Part shown: piece by piece, positions 1 through 12,414 of the stretch
How the letters are laid out: each line of letters starts with the position of its first letter
Position numbering within the stretch: the stretch's first letter is position 1
Origin: Catajapyx aquilonaris
Taxonomy: Eukaryota
DNA: 64,000 nucleotides
Assembly (NCBI GenBank): GCA_000934665.2
Contig: KZ538337.1
Location: forward strand, 1 to 64,000
Direction: 5' to 3'
Notes under the pieces: model-generated
Seen by the model: the letters and a program-made list of their open reading frames with translations, nothing else
Database searches by the model: none
What the model was told of the DNA's origin: nothing
Translations under genes and position numbers: made by a program

Positions 1-892
1 GCAGATCTGAAATAGTTATTAACCTTCTTGTCCTGCAGAATGCTTTCATGCTAACCCTTCTCCTGTGTATTGTCCGGGACAATGACAAGACGTGCGTAGT
101 GCGTTCATTACGAAAATATCTGCAAACAGTATATTATTTGGACTGGTAGTCAAAACTGTAGTGCATCTTAGGGACTCTTTCCCAGAAATGCAAAACAACG
201 CTGAAGATGATATTTCTCTCTGGCAGAAAGAAATTTAGCATCCTCAGCTTGTGTGGCCTTGAACACACAAAAATTTTCGCCTGCGGCGGGCTTCCTCGCC
301 TGCCAGCTCCCCCCCAAATGAACATTTTGCTTGCGCCACTGCCTGAAGTGCAGAAGATCCATGTCAGCAAAATGAAACCAAACTTTCAAACCGCGGGGGT
401 GGGGGTGGGGGGCGGCAGGAAAGGTTTCTGCCCCCCCTCCGAAATTTCGTAGATCCGGCACTGGTGGGGCTCAAGGAGTTAAATAAATGAGAGTGAATAT
501 TAAGCACTTTTCCTGCATTTATAGGCCTTTGCATTCGGTACATTGGGCAAAAATTTCAAAATACATTTATCATCATTTTGCGCAGATTTTTACATTAAAT
601 CTCTCTGGAGAAACAAGGATTGTTGCTGCAGTTTATTGTAGCATCAGAAGACCAGCCTGATGCTAGCATATTATCACTCACATTATTAACACACCCACAG
701 TAGCACACCCTAAGCATCATCTTAGAATGCAATTTTATTAGCTGCCTTTCCAGCAGCATGGTACTTGCCTTTCACACTGGCAAAGCATTGTGAAGAGGGA
801 AGGATACATTTCTGCCAATTGGAGCACTCGTCGACCCTAACAACCCTGCAACTTAATTATACCCTGGTATCTTCCTAAAACTTTACTAGTTA

Positions 893-1087
893 AGCCCGCT
901 CCACACTGGATGAGTTTCTCGTACGGAAAAATCCCGCCCGACTCCGTTGGAGAAAATTGAAAATCGGCTGAAATTTAAAATCCACATGGTGACGTCACAA
1001 ACTGGATTGGAGACGCGCTCCACACTGGCTGAGTGTCTCATACGGAAAAATCCCCATCGGAGAAACTCAGCCAGTGTGGAGCGGGCT
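893..1087. mobile_element. PIF/Harbinger-like MITE
   Basis: TIRs AGCCCGCTCCACACTGG..GAGTTTCTC / GAGAAACTC..CCAGTGTGGAGCGGGCT; flanks tta and tca (TWA-like 3-bp TSD, one mismatch); a third TIR-like copy lies internally near 1016-1050. Confidence 0.6.
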
Positions 1088-1374
1088 TCAGGCACAAAAC
1101 TGGTAGTAGTAATGGTTGACACCTCCTGCTGAGAGCAGCTATTGCACAGAATAATCAAATCTGACATCTCCTCCTGACCATTTTCAAATCAGTGAAGTAT
1201 TGCATTACCTTACTCAAAGGCGACTCAGTGGATTGTCCGTAACAGTAGATAGCGCCACAGCAAATATTTCTGCAAGTACAACAATACATCTTAACATTAA
1301 TCTCCCTGCTTATCCCTTCTTATTACGGTGATTATGGGGTTCTCAATATTAAAATATTTACCTTATTACATACA

Positions 1375-1488
1375 TGATGTACTATATCGCCCAAAAAGAT
1401 AGAGACGATTTTGCATTTGACTCAAGTGCAACTTGCACTTGAATCAAATGCCAATCGTCTCTATCTTTTTGAGCGATATAGTACATCA
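1375..1488. repeat. Near-perfect palindrome (hairpin MITE-like)
   Basis: TGATGTACTATATCGC..AAAAAGATAGAGACGATT..CAAGTGCAA / TTGCACTTG..AATCGTCTCTATCTTTTT..GCGATATAGTACATCA; almost no loop. Confidence 0.75.
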
Positions 1489-2772
1489 GAACATTGCATT
1501 CGTCAGGAGGAGATGTCAGTCACAGGACTGAACTACTGAAGCTAAGTTTCCAACAAGCAAGAGGTGTCTCACTTTACACTGTTACAACCAGAATTGTGGA
1601 AGCACTTTACCTGTACCAAGTGCCACATGATGTGGAACAGCAAAATTTACCTTGTAAAAACTACTGTCAACATATCGATTGCATGGTAAGTAAACAATTT
1701 GTGAATGCAGGACGTCAATGACTATGCCTTGGTCAGTTGCTGGTGGTTAGGAGGAGGAATGTGTAATGTACTGTGCACTGGAAGGGGAAACGGAAATATT
1801 ACCACAGAATTAACCTCTCAAGATAAACTGCTACCAAGCATATTAATATTCCTCCTTGAATTAGACCAATATTTTAAAAAATCTGGCTTGAACAGCTGAT
1901 GCCCTTCTTTCATCAGCAACCATTGTCCTAAAACATGTCATTCACCCACTTTTACAGTGGACATAATTTGTGGGAACCAACATGAAACAATTAGCCCATT
2001 CTACACAATTACATGCACATGGAGTCCAGTAATCACTAGGGTGGGAGGTGGGCCCACAGAGACAAAGGATTTATACTGCCCCCTCAGCCCTGCTAATTGA
2101 TATCTGGATTGATCTGTAGTGTACTTCCATGTAGTCCGTCCATCCAGTCCTTCCCTGGGAAACAAGACCAGGGGACGATGATCACTGGGCAGGTGGGGGT
2201 CAGAATGACACTGGATTGGATGCTGCTAGGTGGTTGGGGGAGTTGTTTCATTGGCCCGCCTCCTTCCTAGTCTCCGTGCCGGAACACACAAGCATTAGTG
2301 GGGTGATGTTGAATGATGCTGCACAGAGGATGCGAGGCCACCACCAGCTCACTTGAACAGGCAACTTCCACCTCACTCACTGTAACAGCAAAACCATTTG
2401 GGGGGAGGGGGGGGAGAGAGAGAGAGAGAGAGAGAGAGACCAACTCCTAACGTAGATGACCAGAAACATTGACTGGTGGTTGCCGAAGAAGTGGGATATG
2501 AGAGGTGATAATCACTTCTGTGAAAGAAGTGACCTTGCAAATGCCAACAGTCACGATTATCATGCTCATATCCTGCTCCTTCGGCAACCACTAGCCAATG
2601 ATTCTGGTCATCTACCTCGTTAGCGGTTGGTCCCCCGAAATTTTCGACTTGTTTTGGCCCAAAGAGTACTAGTAAGAAACACACTATACAGAAATAAATC
2701 ATGAACAATTGACGCCCTCAAGACACGATACAGTGGGACGTAGCTGCCATTAGGATATCACATTAGCACATA

Positions 2773-3694
2773 CGAGGGTTGGACTTTACATAGTTCCCCT
2801 TGCACAAAGAAATGGGGTTGTGGCTTCTGTGCAAGAAGGGAGATCCAGACAGATATGGGGCTTGTTCATATCAAGTTTGGACCCGATTGTGTTACTAGTG
2901 ACGGTGACAAGGTAGTTCAAAGGGGCCGCATCCTCGTGCACCGCCCTAAGCCGTGCCATCGAAGTTAGAACAGAGCTTTTGGTTGGATCGAGGTGGCGAG
3001 AGGCCGTAACAATGCCCAGTACTACCGCGATTGGAACACCACATGAGATCAGCGATACAACGCAAGCAACCGCACTTCCTGAACACCAGCCCTATCGCGT
3101 CGCCATGTCACAGCTGCAATGACAGAATTATTGCTTCGTTGGCAATGGGAAACACTGCAGCACCCTCCCTACGTTCCAGACATGACCCCTTGAGGTCTGG
3201 ATTATTTTGTTCACAGAAATTAAGGAACCAGTGCGAGAAAACGTTGTCACGAACCTGTCCTACTTACCTGTCCGTGGCCCGGTGTCGCTCAGTCAAGGGT
3301 TCCTCAATTATATCACACCATTTCTCTCACACCATTTTATTCCGCCCATCTTACATCTCATTCCCTTCTTCTTCTTCTCCTAGGGTAGCCAACCCGCCAA
3401 CCCTATGCCACCACAAAGGGTAGCCAACAGTTACATACTAATGCCTCTTGCCACGTTGCCACAACTGCAACGTGGCAACGTATCCACAGAATTGAAGCGG
3501 GATAGTACACTCTTTAGGGCGGGTGATTGCAGATATCAATAAACATAACTCTGCTGACAACATCCAATGTCTCCCACATATCTGGAAAAGGGTTATGGAG
3601 TGCCGGGACAACTACATCGAAGGAACAAATTTGTTAATTAAAGCTTTCTTTTGAAACTATCGCAGTGTTGCCCCTATTTAAAATGCAACCCTTG
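2773..3694 (+). mobile_element. Degenerate mariner element
   Basis: TA-flanked TIRs CGAGGGTTG..TTTA.ATAG / CTATTTAAAATGCAACCCTTG; internal WETLQHPPYVPDMTP (mariner YSPDLAP motif, ~3146-3190) and C-terminal NIQCLPHIWKRVMECRDNYIEG (~3559-3624); interrupted by stops and an apparent insertion at ~3260-3440. Confidence 0.75.
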
Positions 3695-4439
3695 TATCAT
3701 CGCCAATATGCAGACTCGCATACAAAAGTGCTTGTATGCTGGAGGGGACCATTTTTGTTGTATGCTCTAGGAGTCTAGGTAGACCTTGTTTACCAACACA
3801 TACAAGGTAAATACTTGTAGTAATTACATGCCAATTTTCATAAGGAACCATTCAATAATTTAGAAGTTATTGCGGAATGTTTGGGCTTCCTAGCGATAGA
3901 ATCACCCTGTATTTGCTGCCAGGCGCTCATCTACATTGTAAGCACAAACTTCATAAAATTGCGTGCAGAGATTATCTCATCCAGGCTAACTCAGAGTAAT
4001 ACTGTATAACTACTATAATTACCAGAGTCTATAAAAATATTTAAAGGTTCCGACACCAAACTTTCAGGTGACAAAATAATAATCCCACAGTGGCCCCTTG
4101 CCACCAGAAATCATTTGCCAATACAATGTGCATTTGTGATCAAGTCATGGTTCACCTGAACTACATTGAAAACCCCTGATCCACAGTGTGAAATAATAAC
4201 ATATCCATCTCTTTCATTCTCACAGGGACAAAGGAAATCAAGGATTCGGTTCTTCTGGTATCACATGGCATATGACTTCTTGGTGAGGCAGGGTGACCAT
4301 CAGCCTCAAAGAATAGTGTTTTCCCAAAAGTGCACTACCTTCTTAAACAAAAATTTCAAACATGCACACAAACATGCTACAATTATTCATGCTAACATTT
4401 GACTTTTGTGACCCAAAAGATCCATGCAGTGTTTTGGTT

Positions 4440-4740
4440 TTTCCTACTTGCAGTTACCCTGAGTTGCCTAAAACTGCATTATATCCCTTCAGACACCACG
4501 GAAAGTAGGATGAGCTCCACATCCCATCAACACAAAATTACTCAATAACAAGCCAACAGTCTGTATGAACCAGTTCACAGCTCATTGGTTAGCAACCAAC
4601 TTGGAGAATGACTGCACTTTTTTACTGCCAGATACTGCTGTTAAGGAGATGGTTGCCATCAATGTGAAGATGAATATGCATCGACAAGATTTTGCTCAAG
4701 AAAATTTTGTCTACAGAATTCGAAAAACACAGTAAGGTAT
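4440..4740 (+). mobile_element. Possible highly decayed hAT transposase C-terminal relic
   Basis: Pieces in different frames (YPELPKTAL, LHIPST, LPDTAVKEMVAINVKMNM) loosely resemble the hAT dimerisation domain; weak. Confidence 0.25.
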
Positions 4741-6094
4741 CCCATATCAAACAGGAAACAAGCATACACTGTACTCCCGATTATCGATGCTAATGAATGC
4801 ACGGGTGTGCCAGGATAATGGGAAAACAATGATAATCTGAAAATGGTACTAGACACATCTGGTGGCCCTCTTTTTCATGGCCATGTCGCATGCTTCATTT
4901 TGGGTCATGGTCCTTATAGGGCCTATTTGGCCCGTTTAGCGGCCCGCTGACGCTTGATGGTTGGAGCTGTCTCAGAAGGTCTGGGTTGGTCCTGCTCCAA
5001 GGTGGACCTTGTCTCAGAACGTTGGCGACACTTTAATGCCTTTTGCGAGTGTTGATGCCTTTCTTGCCACGGAAAATGCCGGACTACATGGGAAACCTGC
5101 TGTAGTGGATGTTGGAAGGCGACTACAACGACGTCAGCGAAGAAATGGAGGGAGTAGAGGGGCTGCCATGAGAGCAAGCTGTGGGAGGGCTAGGCTGTGG
5201 TGAGAGTCATGGCCGATAGCTGAAGGTTGGGCTGAAAGACTGACATGACTGGTGTGCAGGAGGAGACCAACTGGTATTTAGTGGATGAGTGGAACAGGAC
5301 AGGAGGAAACAGGCTTATTTAATACCTCAAATAGTTTCGGAATTAAAAATTAATTTCTCCATCACCACCCTTTTTGAACCTTGGACATGGGCCCTTGTTC
5401 TGTTTTAATTCTATTGGGCCTTGGTCACCCACTACAGGGATGATGAAACTGCACAGTGCACACGTTTGTCCCGAAGCAGACAATGGAAGGACCGGACCGG
5501 AAAGAAGAACGATCGGAACCGTTACCCACAACCATTAGGGCAAGACGATGGCCATTACATTGAAATAAACAGTACGATGCAGATGGATTCCATGAAATTA
5601 CCTTGCAACTGGAAGAGGTGGTGCAGTGCGGGACCAACTCAACCGCAAAGCTCCAAGCGTTCTGAACTGGACGGGAGGGACGAGCAGGAGCAGGGGTCAG
5701 GGGAGCAGGGGAGGGGAAGCTTGGGGTGTTGGGTGGGGAGATCGGAGGGGAAAACCACAGGGGAAAACAGTGTTGCCTAGCTTTCAGGGGAAGTGGGTGG
5801 CTGCAAGGGAGTGGTGGGGGAGGGGAATCGCCCGTTAATTTTGAATATTTATACTGTTTCCATCAAAATATCCGGTAGTCAGCTGACCATTAATGACGTG
5901 ACATTGTAAATACCCAATAAAATATTAAATCAAATCTCATATTAACCTTGTCATAATTCTGGCCAGGCCTATAGTTTCTAGCCAATGGGGTGACTGGATG
6001 AGGTTGGGGTGTCTGTATGGGAGGGGAAAGGGAGACACATCGGACTATCGGAGCGGGATTTTTTTATTTTCCTTCTGCATAGACGGCAGTGCAC

Positions 6095-6314
6095 CATGGG
6101 CGTAGCCAGGGTGGGGGGGGGGGGGGNNNNNNNNNNNNNNNNNNNNNNNNNNNNNNNNNNNNNNNNNNNNNNNNNNNNNNNNNNNNNNNNNNNNNNNNNN
6201 NNNNNNNNNNNNNNNNNNNNNNNNNNNNNNNNNNNNNNNNNNNNNNNNNNNNNNNNNNNNNNNNNNCCCCCCCCCCCCCCCCCCCCCCCAACCTAAATCC
6301 TGGCTACGCCCATG
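6095..6314. mobile_element. hAT-type MITE spanning an N-gap
   Basis: 16-bp TIRs CATGGGCGTAGCCAGG / CCTGGCTACGCCCATG; perfect 8-bp TSD CAGTGCAC at 6087-6094 and 6315-6322. Confidence 0.85.
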
Positions 6315-6788
6315 CAGTGCACTTGTTATTTTGCGAATATTGTTGCAGGAGTAAATGTTGGGTCATGCAATTCTGGTTTTCCACATATGTATCATTGTCC
6401 AACATACGTATGAGACAAGTTAATTACTCTATTAGATATGGTAATACTTCATTATATCCGCACGAAAATGATGTTTCTACCCATTCTGAATCTGGTCGGC
6501 GGGTTGATTCTAATGACGCTATTCTTCGGATGCAGAAACGCTTTGTTCAAAAGTTATTGAACAGTCTGAATGTTCTGCAGAACATATTTACATGACCGCC
6601 ATCTTGCACATTGTGGATCATGGGCGAGGAAATGCTTCAGTAAACTGCAATAATTATATCCAACAATATTGTAACTTCCCTCTCTGTGCTCTGTGCAACC
6701 CTTTGACAACCCCCTCCGCCCCGGCTCGATTTCCGTCCTTACCACCCCTGCCCCTTCAGACCTTCAGGGTGCCAACGGGTCAAACAGG

Positions 6789-6908
6789 ATGGTCCGTAGG
6801 CCCTCTCCCTTCTGTCATGACTCTCCTGTGGTTGCTGACTGTCTTATGCCCAATGGGCTCATCATCCCACTGAAGGTCCCAAGGGATGCCACCCTCCAAG
6901 ACGTCAAG
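6789..6908 (+). pseudogene. Isolated exon/fragment resembling the N-terminal adaptor-binding domain of class I PI3K catalytic subunit p110
   Basis: ATG 6789 gives MVRRPSPFCHDSPVVADCLMPNGLIIPLKVPRDATLQDVK, matching the p110 ABD pattern (V.CLLPNG.I..L...R.ATL..IK); upstream acceptor-like ccccttcag at 6751-6759; weak GT donor at 6909; no further PI3K exons recognised. Confidence 0.6.
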
Positions 6909-7345
6909 GTTTTTTAAAAATTGTAACTGGGTCATTCCATGTCAATTCATTAAATTTTCAGAAAATTTGTGGCTCGACCCCTTTCAGTTTTGTTTAAAAA
7001 AATTAAGTGTGTAGCCATGCAGGACTTAATGTGAAATCCAACACTGTAGCAAAATGAAGCGAGTCATATAACAATAAGGTATGGTAGTGCAAAAGATTGG
7101 GCATAAGCAACAACTCACATTGAAGAGACTCCCATATGACTTTGACTCAGAGCCAGCCCTAGGGGAGGTCAACAGGGGCTCCGGCCCCAGGCCCCGCGCT
7201 TCAGAAGGCCCTGTGCCGCCAAAGACCACGGGCTCCTGTCTTACAGGAAAGTCCAACACTGAGAAAGCCCACATTGTCATTTGTCATTCATTCCTAGGCC
7301 CACATAAGGGTCATTCCATGCGAAAAGGGACATTTTGGTTAAAAG

Positions 7346-8299
7346 CAGGGTTGTGAACCGAACCGAACCCTTGTTCCGTGAACCCGATAACATTGGAGCC
7401 ACTCAGGAGCAGTAGAGCCGGGTTGGGAGTGAGCGTCGGAACTTGGTTTGGGTTCAAGCCGGTTCAGGGGGAGAGTGGAGCCAAGGTCGGAGCGGGTTCG
7501 AAGTTTGGTTCAGGCCAACGGCTCCGGAGTTGAACCCGGTTCAAGAGCGGGTTCGGAGCGGTTCAGAGCTTGGTTAGGTACAACATACCAACACAACGGG
7601 GGGAAGGGCAGAAAAACCGCTGGATTTACTCTAGCGCATGCGTCATGTTTTCGTGGTGGGAGAATGACATTTCCAAGCACCCGTGATACAGGGTGTACCG
7701 CTAATGTCACATTTTTATGACATACGCATTTTTGTATGCCACAATATGTCATAGGCCGACCAATTTTTTGGATGTCACATTCTCATGTCATACAACAAAT
7801 GCGTATGACCATTAGCTCTTGGTATGACATGAGAATGTGACATCCAAAAAATGGGTATTAGCTCTTATTAGTATTACATATTGTGGCATACAAAAAAATG
7901 CTTATGACATATTGTAATGTACAAAAATGCCTATGACATAAAAATGTGACATTTGCGGTACACCCTGTATCGCGGGTGCTTGGAAATGTCATTCTCCCAC
8001 CACCAAAACCTGACACATGCGCTGGAGTAAATCCAGCGGTTTTTATGCCCTTCCCCCCGTTGCATTGGTATGTTGTACCTAACTAAGTTCTGAACCGCTC
8101 CGAACCCGCTCTTGAACCTGGTTCAACTCCAGAGCCGTTGGCCTGAACCAAACTCCGAACCCGCTCAGAGTCCTCAGACCTTGGCTTCACTCTCCCACTG
8201 AACCGGCTTGAACCCAAACCAAGTTCTGACGCTTTCTCCGACCCCGGCTCTACTGCTCCGGAGCTGCTCCGATGTTATCAGGTTCACGGAACAAGGGTT
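7346..8299. mobile_element. Large fold-back element with ~320-bp outer inverted arms
   Basis: 7366-7686 is the approximate reverse complement of 7970-8299 (AACCCTTGTTCCGTGAACC.. / ..GGTTCACGGAACAAGGGTT); left end CAGGGTTGTGAACCG has no right counterpart; rich in GAACC/GGTTC subrepeats. Confidence 0.8.
7689..7967. mobile_element. Tc1/mariner-type MITE nested in the fold-back element
   Basis: TA-CAGGGTGTACCGC..ATGTCACATTTTTATG / CATAAAAATGTGACAT..GCGGTACACCCTG-TA; internally palindromic with TATGACAT subrepeats. Confidence 0.8.
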
Positions 8300-8932
8300 T
8301 AAAAAGTTCAAAATGCAATTTTTCTCTATCTCATTTTAAACTTTAATAGTTTCGAATTTTACGCTTTGCACAAAAGAAATTGGAAAAAAATCAAATTTGG
8401 TTAGTGTTTTACAAGTCCTGAGAGGAAGTGCATTCCTCTTGATGGTAGGTAGAACATGATTGCCATTCAGCACCAAGTGCTAGGATTGAGAACAATCACA
8501 AACATCACTAGAGGAATTGTCTGGGTAAGTTATGATCATTTTGTTTTGTAAATGGGTGACCAATGACTGATTGGAAAACTGAGGTTTTTGTGTCTCATCC
8601 GTTACCCAAAAACAACCAAAGTTCTTTTTTAGAAGGTGATACTAAATTTGCAATAAGTTAAAATTTTTTCTTGGGGTATGAAAAGTCATGATTTGCATCT
8701 CACACACGCACAAATTTAGTTTCTAGGTCCTCAAGTTTTGCTGCTTGCAATGAAGCTGCCCTCACCCGCCATCTTGGATGGAAGAGACACCCTCCTTCTC
8801 CAACAAGCTACCTTCAAAGCTCTGCTGTAGTGAGTGACACTGCCACAGAGGAACCCAGGTGGTAGCATATGATGTAGCAGAAGGGATACTACTTTCTTCA
8901 CTGGCCAGTTTAATTTTTTCAATTTTGCGAGA

Positions 8933-9342
8933 TATTGTCGGAATCAAAGCTTGACGGAGTTCTTGGGTTTTTCCCAACCACCCAAATCCTCCTGTCCCAA
9001 CTCCACCACCTCAAAATGAGCCCCATTCCTACCACACCTAATATGCAAAAGGGTTCGTATGGGTCAGGCCAGAAACCAGTGTTGCCTAGTACAGACGCCG
9101 ATACACGACCAGTGCTGTGTCTTACTAGTCTTAGTAGTTAATTCTTGTAAATTATTTATCTTACAGGAGAGGCACGGCACCATCGCATTTTAATCTTTTT
9201 CTCCAGAACCCTTTTGCGGATTAGGCTCGGAAGAAATGGTCACATTTTGGAGTTGGTGGAGTAGGGCACTGGTATAGAGACAGGAGGATTTGGGTGGTTG
9301 GGAATAACCCAGGAACACCGTCAAGCTTTGAATCCAACAATA
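8933..9342. mobile_element. MITE with ~130-bp imperfect inverted arms
   Basis: TATTGTCGGAATCAAAGCTTGACGG..CCCAACCACCCAAATCCTCCTGTC vs GACAGGAGGATTTGGGTGGTTGGG..CCGTCAAGCTTTGAATCCAACAATA. Confidence 0.7.
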
Positions 9343-9345
9343 CTA

Positions 9346-10078
9346 TGAGGAGTCATCATGAAGTAAGGTCTCCAAGGCTGTAACGTTTATTCTGTATGAA
9401 CACCAATGACGAAACTTACAGGGTACATGAGGACAATGGACATCTACTTTTCGACGTAGTTTCCACACTGAAGAACGCACATATCCCATTGGCAGACCAG
9501 TTTCTCAATCCCTTCCCAATAGAAAGGGCTGCCCTGTTGACAGCACCAGTCACGCACAGCCTTCTTCACCTCATAGTAGCTTCGGAAATACCGACCTGCC
9601 ATGTCTGCTTTCAGGGCTCTGAATAAGTGATATGGGGGCTAGGTCGGGACTGTAGGGTGGGTGAGGAAGAACTTCCCAGCCGTATCCATTCAGCAAAGCC
9701 ATGGTGTCCCTCGATGTGTGCGGACGGGCGTTGTCGTGGAGAGGATGACCCCAGCAGTGAGTAATCCTGTTCGTTTCCACCTGATGGCTTTCTGCAACTT
9801 CGCCAGGGTCACTGCATATCCCTCCGAATTGATAGTCACCCCGTGCTCCAGGAAGTCAGAACACCAGCAGAATCCCAGAACACTGTAACCATGACTTTCC
9901 CAGCTGACGGGACACTTTTGAACTTGGTCTGCCGATGGGATAAGTGCGTTCTTCGGTGTGGAAACTACGTTGAAAAGTAGATGTCCATTGTCCTCATGTA
10001 CCCTGTATGTTTCGTCATTTGTGTTCATACAGAATAAACATTACAGCCTTGGAGACCTTACTTTCTGATCACTCCTCG
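9346..10078 (-). mobile_element. Internally deleted mariner element with duplicated 3' end
   Basis: TA-flanked; ~158-bp inverted arms; minus-strand transposase pieces DFLEHGVTINSEGY..LQKAIRWKR, LHDNARPH, WEVLPHPPYSPDLAP, KLVCQWDMCVLQCGNYVEK* with frameshifts. Confidence 0.9.
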
Positions 10079-10268
10079 TATTTTTCTTTCATTTATTTGT
10101 ATGCATCACATGACAGATATGATGACTACAAATTACAAGCTGTGATGATCTGCCCAGAATGTAATCTGTGAGTGCACTGGTCGATTGTGATTTTTAAACA
10201 CTGCATTATGTGGTGTTTATGCCGGAATACCAGTCTATGTGAGGTATGCCCGAGGGGTTATTCACTAA

Positions 10269-10361
10269 GGGTAGTCCGTGTACACCTTAGTAGGTAGTCC
10301 GGGGGTAGTCCAGCCTGGACTACCCGAGTAGTCCGAGGTAGTCTGGGTAGTCCGTGTACAC
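10269..10361. repeat. GTAGTC(C) short-motif array bounded by 17-nt direct repeats
   Basis: Six direct and one inverted GTAGTC copies; GGGTAGTCCGTGTACAC at 10269-10285 and 10345-10361. Confidence 0.7.
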
Positions 10362-12414
10362 AAAAAATGTAAGCGAATAATCCCTTAGGTATGCCGGTAT
10401 GAGATGAGGCTTTTGCGGTATGGCTACCGAATAGGTCAGGAATGGTGGTGGAATAAGTACAGAATGGCTCCACCTTATACAAATGAAATAATTGTGCAAT
10501 TGGATTACAACCTAAATCACTGCACTTCCAACATCAATTAATATCCTGACGCATGCAGTGGGAAACTTAAACCTGACCTTGTCATAACATCGCGTCATGT
10601 CAACATACCATTTAAAAATTACTCCTGAAAAATCCCATCTGATCACGAGTACATTGCTAAACTTGGTAGTGGAATCAGCGGCTGTCATCACTGCTGAGCT
10701 CACCTACTGGTCAATCTAGGCTGAATTTTAAAACGTACTCATTGCTGCTCATGGCACACGTCTCACTGCTTCAAGCAGCTTAGACTGACCTGATGCAGTG
10801 CTTGCATGAATATACATCACTTCAACAATCGTGAATGCAACCAAGCTTAGCATAATAGTTCATAAAAGTTGAGTTACATTACATTTTTAAAAGGTACATT
10901 GGCATGTCCTTCCACTTTTTTTTACCTTTTCATATTTTCGGGCAGTGGGTGTTGTATCAACTCCTAACTCATCGTCCGAGGTTGGAAAGAAACCCAGGTC
11001 TGCGTTACTTCCTCGTTGATTTAAAAGAATTACAAAAATCCACTATCACTATTACCCTATGGCCTACCGTGTTGTGTTTCTGACACCTGATACTACCAGT
11101 TGCTACCAGTTCTCGTGTCCAGCAGTGTTCTCCTCACACACTGCGCCGATGTCTCATCCTGTCAAGCCCTCCAGCACCATTGTGGGGCCCCAATTCGGAA
11201 ATGGAACAATCAGAATTACCGCGATACCGACTACAGGTGGGTGCTTTTTCTCTCTCTCCAAGTCCAAGTGAAGTCTCTCACCCCACAGGCCATGTGCTCC
11301 AGTCCAACGAGGTATAATATCTCGTTGCTGTTGCTCTAGTCCTGGCTCTCACACCTCCCACAGGTGACAGGTGGTTCGACTGGTTCCACCAAGGATCGGC
11401 TCCCTCCAGAAGACTATTTGCAGCCCACGCCATCTGCCAGGCACGATGCCACCATTATATTATATCAATTTTAAAATCACTCCACATCAATTTAATAGTT
11501 TAACCTCACGTGACTTTTTCTAATGTGGCTTCAATTATATTCGGCAACATAATTTAGGAAGACTTGGCATGCAATATTCGGACGCAACCACACAAAGGCG
11601 GCAGGTTCGAACTCGTGTTTTTTGTGTGTGTGTGTGTTTAATGTAAGAGGCAGCTTCCGTAATTATCTGAATAATAAAAGAAATTTTGCATTTTTAACGC
11701 TTCGTGGGGTGATTTTTCATTAGTAAAATGGCAAAAGTGCGGAGTTTACACAATAGATCATACGGATCATACCAAGAGCTGATACAAATCTGACTGAGTT
11801 TCCACCTAGATTATTATGAACAATAATATTGTCACTGCCTATAACGATAGGGCCTGGGTATAAAGATACTGTACTTCCTGTTCTACAGAACTTTTGATCA
11901 TCAGAAGTTACTAATTACAATGAAAATTGACTAGTAAATGCACCCAGTAGGTTCCACCCTGAAATGTAAATATTGCCACAATAAGCATTAGGAAAAGGCT
12001 CAAAATGACAGTAACCAACAGGAAGCAATAACTGATGACATACATTTTGGAGTTAACCATTGTATTTATTAATAAGGAAAAAAACTTGCCTAGCAGTATA
12101 TGTGGTGAATGAAATATAATTATATTCACTCCTGTTATAATCCAAGATTATGCTCCCACAGGATGCACCTCAAAACCACATTTACAATCAAATTGGCAAA
12201 TGTGACACATGTTGGCATTTAAATGTTTCTGTGGTTCACATTGGAGGAAACAAGTTACAACTATAACAGTAACAACTTAACAATGGGACATGTCCATGAG
12301 CATTCAGCATAAAAATTAAAAAAATTAAAAAAAATATATTTAAAAAATGCTCCAAATATCATTAAATGATAACTAAAATGTATAAGTCTGTCCAACACAG
12401 TCACAATGGTTATA

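Noticed and set aside
23..1270. Minus-strand segments bounded by AG/GT (about 23-119 and 1208-1269)
   Set aside because: Translations show no recognisable domain; exon status cannot be supported without RNA data
4923..5838. Overlapping GC-rich short ORFs
   Set aside because: No recognisable motifs or consistent exon structure
6113..6289. Poly-G / N / poly-C blocks giving poly-Gly and poly-Pro ORFs (also ~33630-33812 and ~42112-42255)
   Set aside because: Assembly gaps at G/C homopolymers, here inside a MITE; not coding
11050..11460. Possible LTR-retrotransposon PBS (TGGTGGCATCG on minus) with a gag-like LEGADPWW
   Set aside because: No LTR pair, PPT or pol motifs; similarity too weak
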